In this document: piece after piece, positions 12,477-24,348 of the stretch | How positions within the stretch are numbered: the stretch's first letter is position 1 | Layout of the letters: the number at the start of each line of letters is the position of its first letter | Source: Eledone cirrhosa | Taxonomy: Eukaryota | Direction: 5' to 3' | NCBI GenBank assembly: GCA_964016885.1 | Contig: OZ024765.1 | Location: 20,336,001 to 20,400,000 of the forward strand | DNA: 64,000 nt | Made by a program: the position numbers and the translations under genes | The notes under the pieces: model-generated | What the model saw: only the letters and a program-made list of their open reading frames with translations | What the model was told of the DNA's origin: nothing | Database searches by the model: none

Positions 12477-13298
12477 CAATACTACTACCACTACTACCAC
12501 TACCACCACTACTACTACCAACACCACTACCACCACCACCACTACCACCACCACCTTCACTACCACCACCACCTTCACTACCACCACCACCATCACCACC
12601 ACCACCGCCACTACCATCACCACCACCACTACCACCAACGCAACCACCACCAACACTACCACCACCAACACTACCATCACCAACACCACCACTACCACCA
12701 CCACCATCACCAACACCACCACTACCACCACCGCCACCACCACCACTACCATCACCACCACCACTACCACCAACGCAACCATCACCACCACCACTACCAC
12801 CAACGCAACCATCACCACCACCACTACTACCAACGCAACCACCACCAACACTACCATCACCACCACCACCACTACCACCACCACCAACACCACCACCACT
12901 ACCATCACCACCACCACTACCACCAACGCAACCATCACCACCACCACTACCACCAACGCAACCACCACCAACACTACCACCACTACCACCAACGCAACCA
13001 CCACCAACACTACCACCACCAACACTACCATCACCACCACCACCACTACCACCACCACCAACACTACCACCACAACCAACACCACCACCACTACCATCAC
13101 CACCACCACTACCACCAACGCAACCACCACCAACACTACCACTACCACCAACACCACCACCACCACCACTACCACCACTACCACCACCACCACCATCACC
13201 AACACCATCACCACCACCACCGCCACGAACACAACCACTACTTCCACCAACACCAACACCACCACCACTACCATCACCACTACCACCACTACCACTAC
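11239..13298. repeat. (ACT/ACC)n trinucleotide mosaic with higher-order periodicity
   Basis: Fills almost the whole intron. The poly-T, poly-L/P and poly-V ORFs here are artefacts. Confidence 0.95.
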
Positions 13299-13334
13299 TA
13301 TATATATATATATATTCTAAAACCCTATTTCCAG

Positions 13335-13444
13335 GTCCTTCTCATGGCCACTGTGAATGTGGAACCTGCAAATGTGACCCTAAATATACTGGGATGAACT
13401 GTGGCTGTGTGAAAAGCGTCGAGAAATGTTTCTCAAAGAATAAA
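13335..13444 (+). CDS. ITGB: Integrin beta exon, I-EGF3 (GPSHGHCECGTCKCDPKYTGMNCGCVKSVEKCFSKNK)
   Basis: tatttccAG acceptor and GTAAGT donor. 110 nt, phase 1/0. Confidence 0.95.
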
Positions 13445-13469
13445 GTAAGTATTGTGTTGGGTTGTGTTA

Positions 13470-14099
13470 TGTTCCAGATCTGTTGGTGTCTCGTTCCACT
13501 GCGCCCCACACAAAGAAGTCGAGGGGTTGCAGTTAGGTGAGCTGGGAGGCCAGATGTCAGGTGAAGTGTGGTCGACGAAGTTCTCTGACAACCAGGCTTA
13601 GGTCTTTCGGCTGGTATGGCAGGGCGCTGAGTCTTGCTGCCACACGTACGGCCTACCTGCAGCTACTTGGTCGATCCAGGGCTTTACTACCTCGCTCAGA
13701 ACGCGGATGTAGCCATCGGTGTTCAGCTTGAGGCCCTCAGGGAAGAAGTGAGGTGGCATGACGTCACCTTGACTGTGACGACACCTAAGACCAATGTTGT
13801 CGCTGGAAACTTTGTCTGCATGACTCTGGGCACGTCTTTGAATGAGACAGCGAGCCACCTGTTGTTCTGGGAGTTGATCTTCTGGTCTTATTTGTCCTCC
13901 CGGCGCGGATTCCAAGAAGAACTCCGTGTCTCTTCCACAAATTTGGAGGTTCAAAATTATTCATAATCAATTATTCTGAAAATAAATAATGGAAATATAG
14001 TCACTGTTTTTATGAAGACAAGAGTGACAACGGAAGTAAAAAAAATTTGCATAAAATTAGCAGTTGAAAATTGCGAACAAATATCGTCCACACCCTGTA
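13470..14099 (-). mobile_element. Tc1/mariner DD37D (maT-like) transposon remnant
   Basis: QQDSAPCHTSRKT*AWL...WPPSSPNCNPLDFFVWG, with 37 residues between the second and third D. Contains a frameshift and a stop. caccctgTA terminus at 14092-14099. Confidence 0.85.
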
Positions 14100-14114
14100 T
14101 ATATATATATATAT

Positions 14115-14858
14115 ATATGAAAAAAATGGGGAGAAGAATACTGCAGGTTGCACATGGATAACATGTTATAAAATGAGTCCCTCAACAGTGATTTACCAAA
14201 CGATCATGGGTATTTCATCGCATTAAAAATCATATACCTCACGTTGGAGCGATAATAACTAAAATAAGTTATTAGGACAATAGAAACGCGTAAAGCGAGT
14301 GAGACAAGTAAACAACACAGGGGAAGCTAACCGAAGATGGAAATAAACACAAGCAACATAGTTATTCTTTCAGCATAAGCTGTGTGAATATATGAGCCAG
14401 TCAGAAACAGACCTTTCGCTAGTGAATCCGGTGTTAGAAAGAATGAAAACCGTTTTCCCAGCGAACGGGAGGAAGAAAGAAGGGGAGAAACAGGGACTGA
14501 GTGAGTGGGAGTGCGAGGAAGAGGTCAGTAGAGAGAAAGAGTTAACTGACATGACAGAGGGGACGAAAGAAAGTAAGAGAAACAGAGAGAGCGAGGGAGC
14601 AGTAAGAGAGAAAGAGAGAAACATAGAATTGCAGTTTGGGTAAATATATGAAAAATATGGGTGAGAAGAATACTGCTGGTTGCACATGGATAACATGTTA
14701 TAAAATGAGTCCTTCATCAGTGATTTACCAAACGATCATGGGTATTTCATCGCATTAAAAATCATATACCTCACGTTGGAGCGATAATAACTAAAATAAG
14801 TTATTAGGACAATAGAAACGCGTAAAGCGAGTGAGACAAGTAAACAACACAGGGGGAA
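14115..14858. repeat. ~215-bp direct repeat pair (14115-14325; 14645-14858) around a GA-rich spacer, TA-flanked
   Basis: Near-identical copies, each containing gaaacgcgta. Possibly a Penelope-type terminus. Confidence 0.65.
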
Positions 14859-14972
14859 GATATATATATATATATATGTGTGTATATATATATATATATG
14901 TGTATATTCTTTTTGCACACTAGCATGGGTCAGACAAGAAAGTGTATATAAATATCTTCTTCTTCTCCACAG

Positions 14973-15065
14973 AAAATCTGTAATGGACATGGCACCTGTG
15001 AATGTGGAGCGTGTAAATGTGAAGAAAGTTCTGGCTACACAGGAAAGTTGTGCGAGGACTGCCCT
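14973..15065 (+). CDS. ITGB: Integrin beta exon, I-EGF4 (KICNGHGTCECGACKCEESSGYTGKLCEDCP)
   Basis: cttcttctccacAG acceptor and GTAAGT donor. 93 nt, phase 0/0. Confidence 0.95.
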
Positions 15066-15071
15066 GTAAGT

Positions 15072-15665
15072 AAACCTTTCAGACTTTCTAGACCCTATTT
15101 CGGGGCCCTTCAGACTTTCTCAACACTATTCCGGGGTCATTTTAGGTCCTTTCAAACTTTCTAGACGCTATTTCAGGTCCCTTCAGACTTTCTAGACCCT
15201 ATTTCAGGTACCTTCAAACTTTCTAGACCCTATTTCGAGGCCCTTCAGACTTTCTAGACCTCATTTCAGGTCCCTTCAGACTTTCTAGACCCTATTTCAG
15301 AGCCTGATAGTATTTCAGGTGGTGTGTGTAAAGGTGAAGACTGCCCCCTAAGTAAACCCTTCAGATTGTTCCCAAACAATGGTGTAGGTTAGCTACACAG
15401 GAAAGTTATGTGAAGACTGCCCCCATAAGTAAACCCTTCAGATTTTCTAGATACTACTTCAGGTCCCTTCAAACTTTCTGGACCCTATTTCAGGACCCTA
15501 CAAACTTTCTAGATCCTATTTTAGGGCCCTTCAAAAATTTCTAGACCCTATTTCAGGACCTTTTACACTTTTCTAGACCCTATTTCGGGGCCTTTCTGAC
15601 TTTTTAGACTCTATTTCAGGGCCCTTTAAATTTTCTGAACTCTATTTTGGGACTCTTCAGACTCT
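15072..15665. repeat. Degenerate ~30-bp tandem (cccttcagactttctagaccctatttcagg) containing two exon-end duplicates
   Basis: Repeated unit, with copies of the exon 3' end at ~15323-15365 and ~15391-15441. Confidence 0.8.
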
Positions 15666-15718
15666 ACACTCCACTCCACTCTCTCTACTCCACTCATACT
15701 CTACACTCCACTCAACAG

Positions 15719-15860
15719 GCCTGTCTCAGTAAGTGCAGTATCTACAAGGAATGTGTCAAGTGTATTCTGATTAAGAATGACGTGAACTCGACTGCGTGCC
15801 ACAAGATTTGTGACAATAAAATCTTGACCATAGTCGACACTTTAGATGCTGCCAATAACG
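15719..15860 (+). CDS. ITGB: Integrin beta exon, beta-tail domain (ACLSKCSIYKECVKC...CHKIC...DAANN)
   Basis: ctcaacAG acceptor and GTAAGT donor. 142 nt, phase 0/1. C...C..YKECVxC motif. Confidence 0.93.
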
Positions 15861-15879
15861 GTAAGTTGTCTCTCAAGTT

Positions 15880-16287
15880 CTCACTCAAACTCTCACTCAA
15901 CACCTCACTCAGACCATCACTCAACACCTCACTCAGACCATCATTCAACACCTCACTCAGACCATCACTCAACACCTCACTCAGACCATCACTCAACACC
16001 TCACTCAGACCATCACTCAAAACCTCACTCAGACCATCACTCAACACCTCACCCAGACCATCACTCAACACCTCACTCAGACCATCACTCAACACCTCAC
16101 TCAGACCATCACTCAACACCTCACTCAGACTCTCACTCAACACCTCACTCAGACCATCACTCAGACCATCACTCAACACCTCACTCAGACCATCACTCAA
16201 CACCTCACTCAGACCATCACTCAACACCTCACTCAGACTCTCACTCAAGTTATCACTCAACACCTCATTCAAGCTCTCACTCAACAT
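15880..16287. repeat. 24-bp minisatellite (tcactcaacacctcactcagacca)
   Basis: About 16 copies. Confidence 0.9.
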
Positions 16288-16468
16288 CTCAACTTCTCAA
16301 TGGTGGTGGTGTGTTGTGGTGATGGTGATAGTTGTGTTGATGATGATGGTGATAGTTGTGATGGTGATGGTGATGATGATGATATTGGTAGTGATGAGGA
16401 TGATGATGGTGATGATAACATGGCCGACGACGTCAACCAAGTAAAAATCTCTCTTCTATTTCTTGCAG

Positions 16469-16570
16469 ACACCAAACAAAAATGTACGGCCGAGGTGGAT
16501 GAGTGCTACGTACATTATTTAATTATCTCTGATTACAAAACGGACAAGATTGATGTGAAGAAGAAACAGG
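16469..16570 (+). CDS. ITGB: Integrin beta exon, end of beta-tail (DTKQKCTAEVDECYVHYLII...KIDVKKKQ)
   Basis: tttcttgcAG acceptor and GTAAGT donor. 102 nt, phase 1/1. C....D.C...Y pattern. Confidence 0.9.
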
Positions 16571-16644
16571 GTAAGTCAGCACAACCTTCACCTTCTTACT
16601 AAATGTCTAGGGTTTGTCTCTAACCCTTCTCAGGCTCATTAGGT

Positions 16645-16945
16645 CGGGACTTATCCTGGTTTCATTGGTCTTAAGTGACTGAGAGTACAACTCTCTCTTC
16701 CCCCTGGATAGGACACCAGTCCATCACAGTGTTAAGTGACTGAGAGTACAACTGTCTCTTCCCCCTGGACAGGACACCAGTCCATCACAGTGTTAAGTGA
16801 CTGAGAGTACAACTGACTCTTCCCCCTGGACAGGACACCAGTCCATCACAGTGTTAAAGTCTGTCTTAGTTTCATTAGTGTTAAGTGACTGAGAGTACAA
16901 GACTTCCTCCCCTGGACAAGACACCAGTCCATCAGTGTTAAAATC
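16645..16945. repeat. SINE-like fragment with a ~60-bp internal tandem (x4)
   Basis: ttaagtgactgagagtacaa...cccctggacaggacaccagtccatca repeated. Confidence 0.7.
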
Positions 16946-17381
16946 TGCCTCAAAAATATTTATTATAAGTACAGATTAAAGTTTGAGCAAAGAATTCCTG
17001 CTTTCACCCATAACAGGTTCTGCTTTCAGAAGATCCCATTAAGGATGAAAGCAGATAGATATATATAAAACCAGGTAGACCATAACCCACTATAGTAGTC
17101 AATGCTTGGGTAGTATAGTGGCTAATATGAAAAGATTCTGGACCTCAAATCCATATATGGACTGTACCCCTTGATAAGTTCCCACTGTTCGAATACTGGC
17201 ACTTCAGTTTGGATCTAGCTGTTGAGAGGGTCGGAGCTCAGCTGTTGGGGTCCTGAATCTTTTCATATATGTATATATATATATATATATAGTAATAATA
17301 ATAAATGTGAAGACTAAAATCCAAAGAGGGCTTGATAAGGATGATGCAATGATTCTTTGCTTAAACTTTAATCTGTTATTT

Positions 17382-17419
<38 letters not shown>

Positions 17420-17420
17420 T

Positions 17421-17766
17421 GGAGGCACATGGCTTAGTGGTTAGAGCATTGGCCTTGCAATCGAAAGGTTGTGAGTTCAATTCTCGGACCAGGTGATGTG
17501 TTCTTTCCTTGAGCAAGACACTTTGTTTCACATTGCTCCAGTTTACTCAGCTGTAGAAATGAGATGATAGGGACTGGGGTCCATATCATTCCACTGTAAA
17601 GTGGTCGTGGAGGTGCCACGGCAAAAAAGCACCCAGCATTCGCTGTAAACGAGGTTGGTGTTAGGAAGGGCATCCAGCTGTAGAAATCAAGCCAGAATCA
17701 GTTCCCGTCCCACCCTTGCAAGCAGGGAAAAGCAGACGTAAAATGAAATGATGATGATGATGATGA

Positions 17767-17770
<4 letters not shown>
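17421..17770 (+). mobile_element. Full-length tRNA-derived SINE (family 1) with RTE family A tail
   Basis: A box tggcttagtgg, B box gagttcaattc, and 3' cttgcaagcagggaaaagc...(GAT)n. TA-flanked. Confidence 0.9.
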
Positions 17771-17809
<39 letters not shown>

Positions 17810-17842
17810 CAAGAGATGTCAACTATCTTATTTCTCATTGTT

Positions 17843-17878
17843 TCTTCTGATGAAGGACTAGCATCCGAAACGTTAAGA
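17843..17878 (+). ncRNA. Minimal type I hammerhead ribozyme
   Basis: TCTT-CTGATGA-A-GGA ctagca TCC-GAAA-CG-TT-AAGA, with palindromic AACGTT helix III. Confidence 0.7.
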
Positions 17879-17962
17879 CCCTATTCCTGCTATATCAAGT
17901 GTTAACCTAATATATCCCTTCCATATACTGTACTGATTGTGTTGTTATTTCTGTTTACCTTT

Positions 17963-18040
<78 letters not shown>

Positions 18041-18170
18041 AATTTTTTTTTATTTTCCTCCACATAATGGCAGAGTGATTACACGTGTTTTTTTTATAAA
18101 AAGAAATATATTTTTCCACTCCTTTCTCTTCTCACTCTTGATCTTTCTATTTCATCCGTTATTTCTCCTA

Positions 18171-18206
18171 TCTTCTGATGAAGGACTAGTGTCCGAAACG
18201 TTAAGA
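18171..18206 (+). ncRNA. Minimal type I hammerhead ribozyme
   Basis: TCTT-CTGATGA-A-GGAC tagt GTCC-GAAA-CG-TT-AAGA. Confidence 0.78.
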
Positions 18207-18290
18207 CTCATTTCCTACTATATCAAGCGTAAAACTAATGTATTTCTTCATTGTACTGTGTTGCTTGCTTTGTTATTTCAGTTTACTTTT

Positions 18291-18334
<44 letters not shown>

Positions 18335-18435
18335 ATTCTTCGGCTCTGTTTAATTACATTGAGCTATATCTTATACTGTCATTTCTATAATATGAAGAGC
18401 GTGTTTAACTCCAACACACTCTAGTATTTTAATTG

Positions 18436-18487
<52 letters not shown>

Positions 18488-18490
<3 letters not shown>

Positions 18491-18694
18491 AACGAGTAGG
18501 ACCCCGACGGCTGAGCTCAAGCCATTTCGACAGCTACTTCTGGACTAAAAAAAAAAAAAAAGAATTAGCCGTCAAAACGGCTTGAGCTCAGCCGTCGGGG
18601 TCCTACTCGTTCCTATTACCCACTCTACTACCCTAAGTATTGAGTACTTTGGTGCGTTATGGTCCACCTGGTTCCTTACCACATTTCCTTCGTT
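18488..18694 (+). mobile_element. GAGCTC-family Penelope-type terminus with 5' fold-back
   Basis: Inverted arms at 18488-18535 and 18567-18614, with the same tail as 6030-6109. Confidence 0.7.
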
Positions 18695-18901
18695 ATATAT
18701 ATATATATAGTTGTTATATAGGAAGGTGTACTATTGTGTCATACAGTCCAATAAACTTTTGTTATATTTATATATAATTTTTATATATATATATATATAT
18801 ATAAAAACAAATAACGAAACGAAATTAAATTTCGTTTCGTTTGTAACTCACTTTTGTATGACTGACGCTTAAACTGATGGATGTACATTTTTAACTTAAT
18901 T

Positions 18902-18938
<37 letters not shown>

Positions 18939-19174
18939 AATATGTCCATAGAATCATTTGATAAGATATATACACCATTTCCTCTCCCAATCAGCATAAT
19001 CAACCTCACAAAAAAACATTTAAACCAATTATATATAGATATATGCAAAAGTTCTATTTAAAATTGTTGGGATACAACAAGTAAATATTTTATACCTGAT
19101 ATAAAGCACTCGACAAGTTTTTGGAGTAGATATACAATATTAATAAATGGAAACTATATTTATAAAACCATATT

Positions 19175-19239
19175 TATTTCATTATACATATTTCAGGGAT
19201 ACCAAATTAAAATATGGTATGCCTTCATCAGACAAAATA
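19175..19239 (-). ncRNA. Minimal type I hammerhead ribozyme (TATTTTAT family)
   Basis: Near-exact reverse complement of 19588-19652. Confidence 0.75.
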
Positions 19240-19407
19240 CAATATATAAACAGTTTTATAAATAATTTTGACGTACCCTATTAAATGCAACCATTATTTT
19301 TGGGATACAACAAGTAAATATTTTATACCTGATATAAAGCACTCGACAAGTTTTTGGAGTAGATATACGATATTAATAAATGGAAACTACATTTATAAAA
19401 CCATATT

Positions 19408-19472
19408 TATTTCATTATACATATTTCAGGGATACCAAATTAAAATATTGTATGCCTTCATCAGACAAAATA
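19408..19472 (-). ncRNA. Minimal type I hammerhead ribozyme (TATTTTAT family)
   Basis: Tandem copy 233 bp from the previous one. Confidence 0.75.
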
Positions 19473-19587
19473 CAATATATAAACAGTTTTATAAATAATT
19501 TTGACGTACTATCCAGACAGCTTCCAAAAATAATGGTTGCATTTAATAGGGTACGTCAAAATTATTTATAAAACTGTTTATATATTG

Positions 19588-19652
19588 TATTTTGTCTGAT
19601 GAAGGCATACCATATTTTAATTTGGTATCCCTGAAATATGTATAATGAAATA
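19588..19652 (+). ncRNA. Minimal type I hammerhead ribozyme (TATTTTAT family)
   Basis: TATTTTGT-CTGATGA-AGG(ATACCA/TGGTAT)CCT-GAAA-TATGTA-TA-ATGAAATA. Confidence 0.78.
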
Positions 19653-19691
19653 AATATGGTTTTATAAATATAGTTTCCATTTATTAATATC

Positions 19692-19731
<40 letters not shown>

Positions 19732-19909
19732 ATATCACCATCATCATGTTCATCATCATCATCGTTTGTCTATTTTTCCATGCCTCCTTGGGCTAGAGTG
19801 TGGTCTGTGTTATACAAGTCTGGCCGTATGGTTGTGCCGTATATTGCTCCAGCAGAACTGTATATTGAGAACTGGGTGGTTGGGTTATGAGACAAGTCTG
19901 TGTGTGTAT

Positions 19910-20297
19910 CATCATCATCATCATCATCATCATCGTTTAACGTCCATTTTCCATGCTAGCATGGGTCTGGACGGGAATTGTCCCACTTGAGGCAAGATTG
20001 GTTGTCTTGCTCGTATAGGACTGTCTGGCGGGTTTTCTACGGCTGGATGCCCTTCCTAACAAAACCACGTTTACAGTGTGGACTGGGAGGTTTTTACCGT
20101 GTTACCTACACGGCCACATTACAGCGTGGACTGTGTGTATTTTTTGTCGTGACACCTACACGACCTCATTTATTTAGGACTGGATGTTGTGGTACCAACA
20201 TAGCTTTACATCGAAAGGGGTGGTGTAGATGGCGGTGGGGGTAGGGTTAGTGGGACGGGGGTGTATTTTGGTTAAGAGGTGCCTACTGACTGTAGGT
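19910..20297 (-). mobile_element. RTE family B 3'UTR fragment
   Basis: Matches the reverse complement of 33365-33705. Confidence 0.85.
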
Positions 20298-20543
20298 TCT
20301 TATATAAAATTATGTTGGGAGATTTTAATTTAAATTGAAACCCTGTATTTCAATTAATTAATGAAGAATTTTGAGTGATTTACTAAAATTATTATTTCAT
20401 TACTTTGAAAAATTTATTTTAAATAGGAACTCTGTAACATTTTCAAGACCATCTAAACTATAATAAAGTAAGGAGTACGGGACTGCGTACAGAATATATT
20501 GTTTTTATCCCGTTTGTAAAATAAGTTGGATTACTTTGAATAA

Positions 20544-20730
20544 ATAATTGTTTCTACTTTTGGCACAAGGCCAGCAATTTCCCAGTGTATTACTGGTACT
20601 TTATTTTATCGACCCCCGTAAGGATGAAAGGCAAAGTTAACCTCGGCGGGATTTGAACTCAGAATGGCAAGGGCCGTATATCTATGCGTCAAAGCATGGC
20701 GTCCGACCCTCTACCGATACTGCCAATTCA
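20544..20730 (-). mobile_element. SINE family 2
   Basis: Reverse complement of the 22773 and 28773 copies (gagttcaaatcc B box; ttgcctttcatccttacggggtcgataaaataaagtaccag core). Confidence 0.85.
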
Positions 20731-20885
20731 CACACACTATCATTAGACGTGTCCGTCGAACCTGCGGGTCCAGAGCCTGACAGATCCACACAATGATCGC
20801 GTCTCGAGCTGTCCACCGGGGAAACAATTGTAACACACAATAAATTGAGTTCAGATGCATCACTGAGTTTTTGTTTTATATTCTA

Positions 20886-22772
20886 TGTATATATATATAT
20901 ATGTTATATATATATATTATATATATGTTATATATATATATTATATATATGTTATATATATATATTATATATGTTATATATATATATTATATATGTTATA
21001 TATATATATTATATATATGTTATATATATATATATATGTTATATATATATATTATATATATGTTATATATATATATTATATATATATTATATATATGTTA
21101 TATATATATGTTATATATATATATTATATATATGTTATATATATATTATATATGTTATATATATATTATATATATATTATATATATGTATATATATATAT
21201 TATATATATGTTATATATATATTATATATATGTTATATATATATATTATATATATGTTATATATATATTATATATATGTTATATATATATATTATATATG
21301 TTATATATATATATTATATATATGTTATATATATATATTATATATATGTTATATATATATTATATATATATTATATATATATTATATATATGTTATATAT
21401 ATGTTATATATATGTTATATATATATTATATATATGTTATATATATGTTATATATATGTTATATATATGTTATATATATGTTATATATATATTATATATA
21501 TGTTATATATATGTTATATATATGTTATATATATATTATATATATATTATATATATATATTATATATATGTTATATATATATTATATTTGTTATATATAT
21601 ATATTATATATATGTTATATATGTTATATATATATATTATATATATGTTATATATATATTATATATATGTTATATATATATATTATATATATGTTATATA
21701 TATATATTATATATATGTTATATATATATTATATATATGTTATATATATATATTATATATATGTTATATATATATATATTATATATATGTTATATATATA
21801 TATTATATATATGTTATATATATATATTATATATATGTTATATATATATTATATATATATTATATATATATTATATATATGTTATATATATGTTATATAT
21901 ATATTATATATAAATTATATATATGTTATATATATGTTATATATATGTTATATATATATTATATATATGTTATATATATGTTATATATATGTTATATATA
22001 TGTTATATATATATTATATATATATATTATATATATGTTATATATATATTATATATATGTTATATATATATATTATATATATGTTATATATATATATTAT
22101 ATATATGTTATATATATATATTATATATGTTATATATATATATTATATATGTTATATATATATTATATATATGTTATATATATGTTATATATATGTTATA
22201 TATATGTTATATATATATTATATATATATGTTATATATATGTTATATATATGTTATATATATATATTATATATATGTTATATATATATATTATATATATG
22301 TTATATATATATTATATATATGTTATATATATATATTATATATATGTTATATATATATATTATATATATGTTATATATATATATTATATATATGTTATAT
22401 ATATATATTATATATATGTTATATATATATTATATATATGTTATATATATATTATATATATATTATATATATATTATATATATGTTATATATATGTTATA
22501 TATATGTTATATATATATTATATATATGTTATATATATGTTATATATATGTTATATATATGTTATATATATGTTATATATATATTATATATATGTTATAT
22601 ATATTATATATATGTTATATATATGTTATATATATGTTATATATGTTATATTGTTATATATATGTTATATATATGTTATATATATATTATATATATATTA
22701 TATATATATTATATATATATTATATATATATATTATATATGTTATATGTTATATATATGTTATATATATATA
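20886..22772. repeat. (TA)n with periodic GT/T interruptions (tatatatgttatatatatat)
   Basis: 1.9-kb AT-only satellite. Confidence 0.95.
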
Positions 22773-22958
22773 GGCGGTGGATTGGCAGTATCGGTAGAGG
22801 GTCGGACGCCATGCTTTCCAGCATAGTTACGTCCCTTTACGATCTGAGTTCAAATCCCACCGAGGTTGACTTTGCCTTTCATCTTTACGGGGTCGATAAA
22901 ATAAAGTACCAGTAATGCACTGGGTATTTGCTGGCCTTGTGTCTAAAGTAGAAACAAT
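22773..22958 (+). mobile_element. SINE family 2
   Basis: ggtggattggcagtatcggtagag...gagttcaaatccc...aaagtagaaacaatta. Confidence 0.85.
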
Positions 22959-23002
22959 TATATATATATTATATATATATTATATATATATATATATATA
23001 TT

Positions 23003-23033
<31 letters not shown>

Positions 23034-23058
23034 GCGTGTGTGTGTATATATGTGTGTG

Positions 23059-23089
<31 letters not shown>

Positions 23090-23221
23090 ATATGTGTATA
23101 TACATAAGAATGAAGGGTTCATTCTACTGACATGGCTATAAAATTGAGGCTTGTTTGCATAATGGCAAACGAATCGAATGTTATTATTAATATTCGAAAA
23201 ACTCAAATTACACTTATATAC

Positions 23222-23288
<67 letters not shown>

Positions 23289-23314
23289 CATATATATATA
23301 TGTATATACATATA

Positions 23315-23344
<30 letters not shown>

Positions 23345-23345
<1 letters not shown>

Positions 23346-23852
23346 GTAACCCAGTACAACCTGTCGCATGGTCGGGTCGGCGGCGACTAAACCGGCAACC
23401 CCACCAAGAAGTTTACTTGGCGAGGAGAGCGATTTAGGACACCCTTCAGGACAAAACACAAAACCTGACAAAGGGCGGAAGAACTCATAAGAGTCAACGG
23501 CCATCCGAAAGTGTGTAAATATGTATATACACATGTATCGTGCGGTTAAACCATTGGGAGTGAAGGACGCCTAGCCTTTGTCAGGGCATTCTTCTAGGAG
23601 AAGGCAACTCAGGAAACTGGGATAACTCCGACATAAAACCTGCGGCTCAGTAGTTACCGATGATGTTGATCTTTTCTTCTTTTCGGGTTATAGCTACTGT
23701 CGCTTAGAGAGTGGGATTGGCTCAGTGCACAGCCTTTCCTCACTTTAAAAAATATCTTCACGCACAGGCATTGCACAATAGAATTAATTAATAATTATTA
23801 ATAATGCTATATCGGGCAATGGCCATACTCGATAACGAGGGGGCAGCAATCA
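23345..23852 (+). mobile_element. Probable non-autonomous RTE-related element (LINE 5'UTR-like head plus short 3' tail)
   Basis: ctaggagaaggcaactc motif. cacaggcattgc and the tail tggccatactcgataacgag..ggcagc are shared with 62042-62262. TA-flanked. Confidence 0.55.
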
Positions 23853-24098
23853 TATATATATATATATATATATATCATCATCATCATCATCATCATCATC
23901 GTTTAACGTCCGTGTTCCATGCTTGCATGGGTTTGGACGGGAGTTTTCCCACTTGAGGCAAGAGTGGTTGTCTTGCTCGCATAGGACTGTCTGGCGGGTT
24001 TTCTACAGTTGGATGCCCTTCCTAACACCAATATATATATATATATAATTATAAAATAACAGGAGGCTGGACTGGTGTAAATCCTTGAAAGGTTTATT

Positions 24099-24156
24099 AT
24101 ACTATGATCATTTCAATGACCGGGTTCAGTATGAATCCGGTGATATCATCAGGTAT
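24099..24156 (-). ncRNA. Hammerhead ribozyme, inverted copy
   Basis: Reverse complement of 24349-24406. Confidence 0.72.
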
Positions 24157-24348
24157 TCAAAATATAACAAAGGAATATAACATAAAATCCATGGGGCTGA
24201 AAATGAGAGAGAAGAGGACGACTGACTATTTAGCAGCTTCTACCTTAGTCGGCCGCCTGAGGTAGAAGCTGCTAAATAGTCGGTCGTCCTCTTCTCTCTG
24301 ATTTTCAGCTCCATGGATTTTATGTTATATTCCTTTGTTATATTTTGA

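Larger units (their letters stand above)
19066..19692. mobile_element. Penelope-type terminus: two 233-bp tandem copies (-) plus one inverted copy (+)
   Basis: Hammerheads at 19175-19239(-), 19408-19472(-) and 19588-19652(+). Confidence 0.8.

Noticed and set aside
11087-13540. Long 817/725-aa ORFs (mucin- or extensin-like poly-T/P/L)
   Set aside because: These are translations of an intronic trinucleotide repeat. The true exons at both ends have canonical splice sites and join in phase without it.
17421-17500. tRNA gene
   Set aside because: The A/B-box head continues into a SINE body and LINE tail in multiple copies, so it is a SINE head
20845-22915. 600+ aa Y/I/C/M ORFs (also 44045-50140, 58678-60698, 62141-63907)
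   Set aside because: Microsatellites that lack stop codons; no coding signal
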